A stretch of 64,000 nucleotides of DNA, from the NCBI GenBank assembly GCA_963764165.1, contig CAVXRD010000002.1, forward strand, positions 1,024,001 through 1,088,000. Reading direction: 5' to 3'. A program made the position numbers and the translations under genes. This document shows positions 58,705 through 64,000 of this stretch, piece by piece. The stretch is from an uncultured Verrucomicrobiae bacterium. GTDB lineage: Bacteria > Verrucomicrobiota > Verrucomicrobiia > Limisphaerales > Palsa-1400. The notes under the pieces were generated by a model. That model was given only the letters and a program-made list of their open reading frames with translations. It was not told where the DNA came from and did not search any database. The first letter of the stretch is position 1, and each line of letters begins with the position of its first letter.

Positions 58705-59580
58705 GTGCGGGATGACACGATAAAAAAACGCCTAAGCCTCGAAGAGCTGAATCGTTTGACGCCGGAGCAATTTGTCTCCGTCGCCGGCCCTGTCTTTGAA
58801 TGTTCCCCGTGGATCGCTGGCGCCACGGCGAGCCGGCGGCCGTTTTCGAGCATCGAGCATGCCCTCGCCGAATTGCGCTCGACCGTTCTGGCCGCCGGAA
58901 CCGAGCAAAAACTTGATTTGATCCGCGCCCATCCCGATCTTGTCGGTCGCGCGTCCCTCGCGGGAACGCTCACTGCCGAATCAACGCGCGAGCAGTCTGC
59001 TGCCGGACTCGGCAATTTGTCACCGAAAGAAATCCAGCTTTTCCAATCCAATAACGCCGCCTACCGCGAGAAGTTTGGTTTTCCATTCGTGATTTGCGCG
59101 CGGCTCAATAAAAAGGAAGCCATCCTCGCCGGTTTCCAACAACGCCTTCCACACACGCGAGAGCAGGAAATCGACAGCGCGCTGGAAGAAATTTTCAAAA
59201 TCGCCGAACTGCGCTTGCGCGACATCGTCGACACCGGAAAGCCCGCGAAACTCAGCACACACGTCCTCGACACAACGCGCGGCTGTCCCGCCGACGGAAT
59301 GCGCATCGAGCTTTGGTCTCTCGACGGCGCGGATCGCACGTTAATCAAAGGCGCCGAAACCAATGCCGATGGCCGCACGGACGCGCCGCTGCTCGAAGGC
59401 GGCGATGTCCGCGATGGTCAATACGAATTAATTTTTTTCGTGGGAGATTATTTCAACAATCCGGCCGGCGAGCGTTTTTTGGATCGAGTCCCTGTTCGCT
59501 TTCAATTGAAGGCGGGCGGCGCGTATCACGTTCCGCTGTTGTGCTCGCCGTGGTCGTATTCAACCTATCGAGGAAGCTGA
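58705..59580 (+). CDS. uraD-uraH: Fused OHCU decarboxylase (UraD) / HIU hydrolase (UraH)
   Basis: FECSPW, AHPDL, STREQ, KFGFPFVI, KIAELRL, then LSTHVLD, TNADGR, YHVPLL..YSTYRGS. Confidence 0.93.
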   Translation: MRDDTIKKRLSLEELNRLTPEQFVSVAGPVFECSPWIAGATASRRPFSSIEHALAELRSTVLAAGTEQKLDLIRAHPDLVGRASLAGTLTAESTREQSAAGLGNLSPKEIQLFQSNNAAYREKFGFPFVICARLNKKEAILAGFQQRLPHTREQEIDSALEEIFKIAELRLRDIVDTGKPAKLSTHVLDTTRGCPADGMRIELWSLDGADRTLIKGAETNADGRTDAPLLEGGDVRDGQYELIFFVGDYFNNPAGERFLDRVPVRFQLKAGGAYHVPLLCSPWSYSTYRGS

Positions 59581-59581
59581 C

Positions 59582-60808
59582 ATGGCTCTTGCCACACAAA
59601 TATGTCGCCGAATCGAAGAACTGGGAGCCATCAGCGACGTGCCGGGCCAATTGACGCGGCTCTTCGGCGGTCACGGAATGCGCGCAGCCACCCATGCCGT
59701 CGCCACATGGATGGAACAGGCGGGCATGACTGTCCGGCGGGATGCCATCGGAAACCTCATCGGCCGGCATCCCGGCGCCGGCCCAAAAACCTTGCTGCTT
59801 GGCTCTCATCTTGACACGGTGCGCAACGCGGGAAAATTCGACGGGGTACTGGGCGTCCTCCTCGCCATCGCATGCGTCGAACGCTGCCGCGAATGGAATC
59901 GTCCCCTGCCCTTTTCAATTGAAGTCATAGCATTTTCTGAGGAAGAGGGCGTCCGCTACCAAACCGCCTATCTCGGCAGCCGCGCCATGGCGGGAACGTT
60001 CGATGTTCGCGATTTGGATCGACTGGATGCTGACGGGGTGATGATGGGGGACGCGATTCTAGTCTCCGGCGGAAATCCGGCTCACCTCGATTCGTGCCGC
60101 CTCAACAAAGATTCGCTGCTCGGTTACGTGGAAGCGCACATCGAACAAGGGCCAGTTTTGGATCGCCACCAGGAAGCGATTGGATTGGTTTCGGCCATCG
60201 CCGGGCAGACGCGGGCGCGGCTGGACTTTATTTCCGGCGCGGGGCACGCCGGCACCGTCCCGATGACGTTGCGCCGCGATGCCCTTTGCGCCGCCGCCGA
60301 ATTTATTCTCGGCGTCGAGATGCACGCGCGGCAAATTCCGGGACTCGTCGCGACCGTGGGCCAAATTTCCGTCGAACCGAACGCGGCCAATGTCATCCCC
60401 GGCACGGCCCGTTTGTCCCTCGATGTTCGCCACCAGGACGACGGCGCGCGAAAGGATGCCTGCAAACATTTTCACCGGCTTATTGAAAGCATCGCGATAC
60501 GGCGCCAGCTAAAATGTTCGTGGAACATCGTGCAGGAGACGGCCTCTGTCCCGTGCGCGGCGGGACTTTCCGCGGTGCTCGAAAAGGCCGCGCTGCAACA
60601 CCAGCCGGAAGTTCGCTGGCTGGCCAGCGGCGCGGGCCACGATGCCGCCGTGATGGCCGCCATCGCCCCGGTCGCGATGCTTTTCGTGTGCTGCCGCGAC
60701 GGCTTGAGTCATCATCCTGACGAATACGTTCGCGAGGAGGACATCCGTATCGCGCTTTCGGTGCTGGTGGATTTTATCATGATGCTGGCGGAGCGGCATG
60801 AAATGTAA
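59582..60808 (+). CDS. allC: Allantoate amidohydrolase (M20)
   Basis: GSHLDTV, GKFDG, EEEGVRY, HIEQGP, GHAGT, SGAGHDA, SHHPDE; cluster context. Confidence 0.92.
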   Translation: MALATQICRRIEELGAISDVPGQLTRLFGGHGMRAATHAVATWMEQAGMTVRRDAIGNLIGRHPGAGPKTLLLGSHLDTVRNAGKFDGVLGVLLAIACVERCREWNRPLPFSIEVIAFSEEEGVRYQTAYLGSRAMAGTFDVRDLDRLDADGVMMGDAILVSGGNPAHLDSCRLNKDSLLGYVEAHIEQGPVLDRHQEAIGLVSAIAGQTRARLDFISGAGHAGTVPMTLRRDALCAAAEFILGVEMHARQIPGLVATVGQISVEPNAANVIPGTARLSLDVRHQDDGARKDACKHFHRLIESIAIRRQLKCSWNIVQETASVPCAAGLSAVLEKAALQHQPEVRWLASGAGHDAAVMAAIAPVAMLFVCCRDGLSHHPDEYVREEDIRIALSVLVDFIMMLAERHEM

Positions 60809-60819
60809 TTGCGAAAGCA

Positions 60820-60901
60820 AGGCAGGTACGCCTCGCCGAGGCGTCCGGTTGCGTGTGAATAACGCTTTGGGCCCGGACGGCTCGGCGAGCCGTCCCTACC
60901 T
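60820..60901. repeat. REPIN-like doublet, family A
   Basis: AGGCAGGTACGCCTCGCCGAGGCGTCCGG ... CCGGACGGCTCGGCGAGCCGTCCCTACCT. Confidence 0.85.
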
Positions 60902-60915
60902 CGCCCAAAACCGCC

Positions 60916-62253
60916 ATGAGCAACTTTGACATCATCATTCGCGGCGCTACGGTGGTGACCGCTGAAAAAATCGAGCGGGACGATGTTGGCATTTCCGGAG
61001 AAAAAATCGCGGCGATTCAAACTGAAATTTCCAATAATGCAGTTACCGAAATCAACGCCGAAGGCCTGCACATTTTCCCCGGCGTCATTGATGCGCACGT
61101 TCATTTCAACGAACCGGGCCGCACGGATTGGGAGGGAATCGCGACCGGTTCAAACGCCGTTGCCGCAGGCGGCGGGACGATGTTTTTTGACATGCCGCTC
61201 AACGCGCACCCCCCGACACTCGACGCCGCCAGTTTCGAATTGAAACGCGCCGCCGCCGAGAAATCGTCACGGGTTGATTTCGCCTTTTGGGGCGGATTGA
61301 CTCCAGCCAATCTCGGCACGATGGGAGAATTGGCCAATTGCGGCGTCATCGGTTTCAAGGCCTTCATGTGCAACAGTGGCATCGACGATTTTCTTTCCGT
61401 TGATTCGCGCACTCTTCGCGAAGGAATGAAGCGCGCCGCCTCTCTGCGCCTTCCAGTCGCCGTGCATGCGGAAAGCGATGCGATGACTGCGCGCCTCACG
61501 CAAAACGCTGTTGCCGCGGGCAAAACATCCGCGCGCGATTTCCTGAATTGCCGGCCCATCGCCGCGGAATTGGAGGCGATTCGGAATGCCATAGAACTCG
61601 CTGGGGAAACCGGCTGCTCGCTGCACATCGTTCATGTCAGTTGCGCCGATGGTGTTCGCATCGTGGCGGAGGCCGCCGCGCGCGGCCAAGATGTCACCTG
61701 TGAAACTTGCCCGCACTATCTTATCTTGACGGATAAAGATATGGAACGGCTGGGCCCGGTGGCCAAATGCGCGCCTCCGCTGCGTTCGGCATTGGAACAG
61801 GAGTCGTTATGGGGCGAACTGATGGCGGACAAGATTCACACGGTGGGTTCCGATCATTCGCCCTCGCCTCCGGAAATGAAACGCGGCGCGAATTTCTTCC
61901 AGGCATGGGGCGGAATTTCCGGCGCGCAACATTTGCTGCCGTTATTATTGACACGCGATATTGATGCGAGTTTGGCGGCCCGCGTGACTTCCGCAAAGGT
62001 CGCCCGGCGCTTTCGATTGCCGGCTTCCAAAGGCACCCTCGCCGCCGGAGGCGACGCCGACCTTTGCCTCGTTGATCTTGGCGCCGACTACGAAATGACT
62101 CGCGATGAGCTGCAATACCGCCACCGCCAAAGTCCTTACATCGGCAAACGATTAAGCGCTCGTGTCAAACAAACCTTTTTGCATGGAAGGATGATTTATG
62201 GGGACAACAAATTCTTTGGAACCCCTGCAGGCAGGCTTGTAAAGCCGTCTTAG
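60916..62253 (+). CDS. allB: Allantoinase
   Basis: DAHVHFNEPGR, DMPLN, GFKAF, VHAE, ETCPHYL, KCAPPLR, SDHSP, AWGGI. Confidence 0.95.
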   Translation: MSNFDIIIRGATVVTAEKIERDDVGISGEKIAAIQTEISNNAVTEINAEGLHIFPGVIDAHVHFNEPGRTDWEGIATGSNAVAAGGGTMFFDMPLNAHPPTLDAASFELKRAAAEKSSRVDFAFWGGLTPANLGTMGELANCGVIGFKAFMCNSGIDDFLSVDSRTLREGMKRAASLRLPVAVHAESDAMTARLTQNAVAAGKTSARDFLNCRPIAAELEAIRNAIELAGETGCSLHIVHVSCADGVRIVAEAAARGQDVTCETCPHYLILTDKDMERLGPVAKCAPPLRSALEQESLWGELMADKIHTVGSDHSPSPPEMKRGANFFQAWGGISGAQHLLPLLLTRDIDASLAARVTSAKVARRFRLPASKGTLAAGGDADLCLVDLGADYEMTRDELQYRHRQSPYIGKRLSARVKQTFLHGRMIYGDNKFFGTPAGRLVKPS

Positions 62254-62292
62254 CGGGAAGCGCGAAACTGCCGAGCCATTCCTCGTTCGTAA

Positions 62293-62322
62293 GATGGCTC
62301 GGCAGGAGGCCTCGCCCTGCCG
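62293..62322 (-). repeat. REP-like element, family B variant
   Basis: Minus strand CGGCAGGGCGAGGCCTCCTGCCGAGCCATC. Confidence 0.7.
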
Positions 62323-62342
62323 AGTTTCACTGTAAGTTGGCG

Positions 62343-63962
62343 CTATATTGAAGGAGACATCGCGAGGTATTCCTTGCGCAAAACAGTGTCGCGCTGAGAC
62401 CACGCGGGATCCGGAATCGGATAATCCAAATTGTAATGCAGCCCGCGGCTTTCCGGCCGTTGCAGCGCGGAGGCGATGATGAGTTCCGCCACCGTCGCGA
62501 TGTTTCGCAGTTCCAGCAAATCGCTCGTGACGATGAAGTCCCAATAATATTCCTGGATCTCCTCCTGCAAATTGGCGATGCGCGTGCGGGCGCGCTGCAG
62601 CCGCTTGTTGGTGCGGACGATGCCGACGTAATCCCACATCACGCGGCGAATCTCGTCCCAATTGTGATTGATGACCACCAATTCATCGACGTTCTGGGCC
62701 TGGCCGGATTGCCACGGCGGGATGGGCCAATCGAGCGGGATGGGCAAATTGGCGCGCGCGTTTTCGGCGGCGCGATGGGCGCACACCAGCGCCTCCAGCA
62801 GGGAGTTGCTGGCCAGCCGGTTCGCGCCGTGCAACCCGGTGCAGGCGACTTCCCCGACCGCATAAAGTCCCGGAATGTCCGTCTCGCCCGCGACCGTCGT
62901 CACCACGCCGCCGCATTGATAATGAGCGGCGGGAACGACTGGAATTGGCTCCTTCGTGATGTCGATGCCGTATTCGAGGCAAGTGGCGTAAATGTTTGGA
63001 AAACGCTCGCGGATGAACTCGGCGGGCTTATGGGTGATGTCAAGCAGAACGTAGGCGGCGCCGCTTTTCTTCATCTCGTTGTCAATCGCCCGGGCGACGA
63101 TGTCGCGCGGGGCGAGGGATTTGAGCGCATGGTATTTGTCCATGAACGGCGCGCCTTCCATATTCTTCAGGATGCCGCCTTCGCCGCGCACCGCCTCGCT
63201 GATGAGAAACGATTTCGCTTTGCGGTGATAAAGGCAGGTTGGGTGGAATTGGATGAATTCCATGTTCGCCACCCGGGCCCCGGCGCGATACGCCATGGCC
63301 ACGCCGTCGCCGGTCGCGATGTCCGGGTTTGTCGTATATAAATATACCTTGCCGCAGCCGCCGGTCGCCAGCAGCACCGTCCGCGCGGCGAAGGTTTCGA
63401 CGCAACTGCTGCTCTTGTCCAAAACGTAGGCTCCGAGACAGCGGTTGGGCGAATCGGCCATGTCCGGCAGCTTTTGCGTCGTGATGAGGTCGATGGCGAA
63501 ATGGTTCTCGAAAATTTCGATGCTTGGATTTTCCGCAATGGCCGCCAGCAGCGCCTTTTCAATTTCGCGGCCCGTGACATCTTTCGCGTGGAGAATGCGG
63601 CGTTTGGAATGGCCCCCTTCCCGGCCCAGATCCAATTCGCGAACGCCGTTGACCTCGCGTTCGGAAAAATTCATCCCGAGCTCCATCAGCTCGGCGATTC
63701 GCGAAGGGCCTTCCTCCACAATTGTGCGCACAACCGATTCGTGGCACAACCCGGCGCCGGCTTCCAGCGTGTCGCGGACGTGGACGGAGAAGGAATCCTC
63801 CTTGCTGATGACGGCCGCGATGCCGCCCTGGGCGTAATTGGTGTTGGATTCCGCTCGGGATTTCTTGGTGACGATGGCGACGCGGCCGTAGGGCGCGACC
63901 TTCAAGGCAAATGAAAGTCCGGCAATACCGCTGCCCAGCACAAGAAAGTCAAAATTCTTCAT
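62343..63962 (-). CDS. nadB: L-aspartate oxidase
   Basis: [60 protein letters not shown]. Confidence 0.97.
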   Translation of the reverse strand: MKNFDFLVLGSGIAGLSFALKVAPYGRVAIVTKKSRAESNTNYAQGGIAAVISKEDSFSVHVRDTLEAGAGLCHESVVRTIVEEGPSRIAELMELGMNFSEREVNGVRELDLGREGGHSKRRILHAKDVTGREIEKALLAAIAENPSIEIFENHFAIDLITTQKLPDMADSPNRCLGAYVLDKSSSCVETFAARTVLLATGGCGKVYLYTTNPDIATGDGVAMAYRAGARVANMEFIQFHPTCLYHRKAKSFLISEAVRGEGGILKNMEGAPFMDKYHALKSLAPRDIVARAIDNEMKKSGAAYVLLDITHKPAEFIRERFPNIYATCLEYGIDITKEPIPVVPAAHYQCGGVVTTVAGETDIPGLYAVGEVACTGLHGANRLASNSLLEALVCAHRAAENARANLPIPLDWPIPPWQSGQAQNVDELVVINHNWDEIRRVMWDYVGIVRTNKRLQRARTRIANLQEEIQEYYWDFIVTSDLLELRNIATVAELIIASALQRPESRGLHYNLDYPIPDPAWSQRDTVLRKEYLAMSPSI

Positions 63963-64000
63963 CTCATTTTCACAATCGCATATTCGGCGGCTCCGCCAAA

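Overview
GC-rich bacterial chromosome segment. Gene content and protein features suggest Verrucomicrobiota, probably Pedosphaerales (inference only). Housekeeping genes: thrC, hom, pilT-like, rpsT, lpxA, recA, polX, an HscA/DnaK-type Hsp70, a hisJ-type PHP, apgM, trpS and nadB. Also present: a purine catabolism cluster (uricase, fused uraD-uraH, allC, allB), a kaiC-kaiB-PAS kinase locus with no kaiA in the window, a Ser/Thr kinase-ECF sigma pair, three toxin-antitoxin loci (one decayed) and a decaying islet between recA and polX. No tRNA, rRNA, CRISPR array, integrase or transposase was seen. Most notable signals: (1) a GxxExxY nuclease-family gene bracketed by inverted repeats that recur, without the gene, at other intergenic sites, resembling the RAYT/REPIN arrangement; (2) a probable ~85-nt hairpin sRNA with its own promoter and an anti-Shine-Dalgarno motif; (3) a diheme peroxidase-family protein with a normally C-terminal domain inserted internally; (4) a kinase fused to a pseudo-peptidase domain and a frameshifted FecR-like domain. 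All family calls are by-eye motif recognition; no searches were run.
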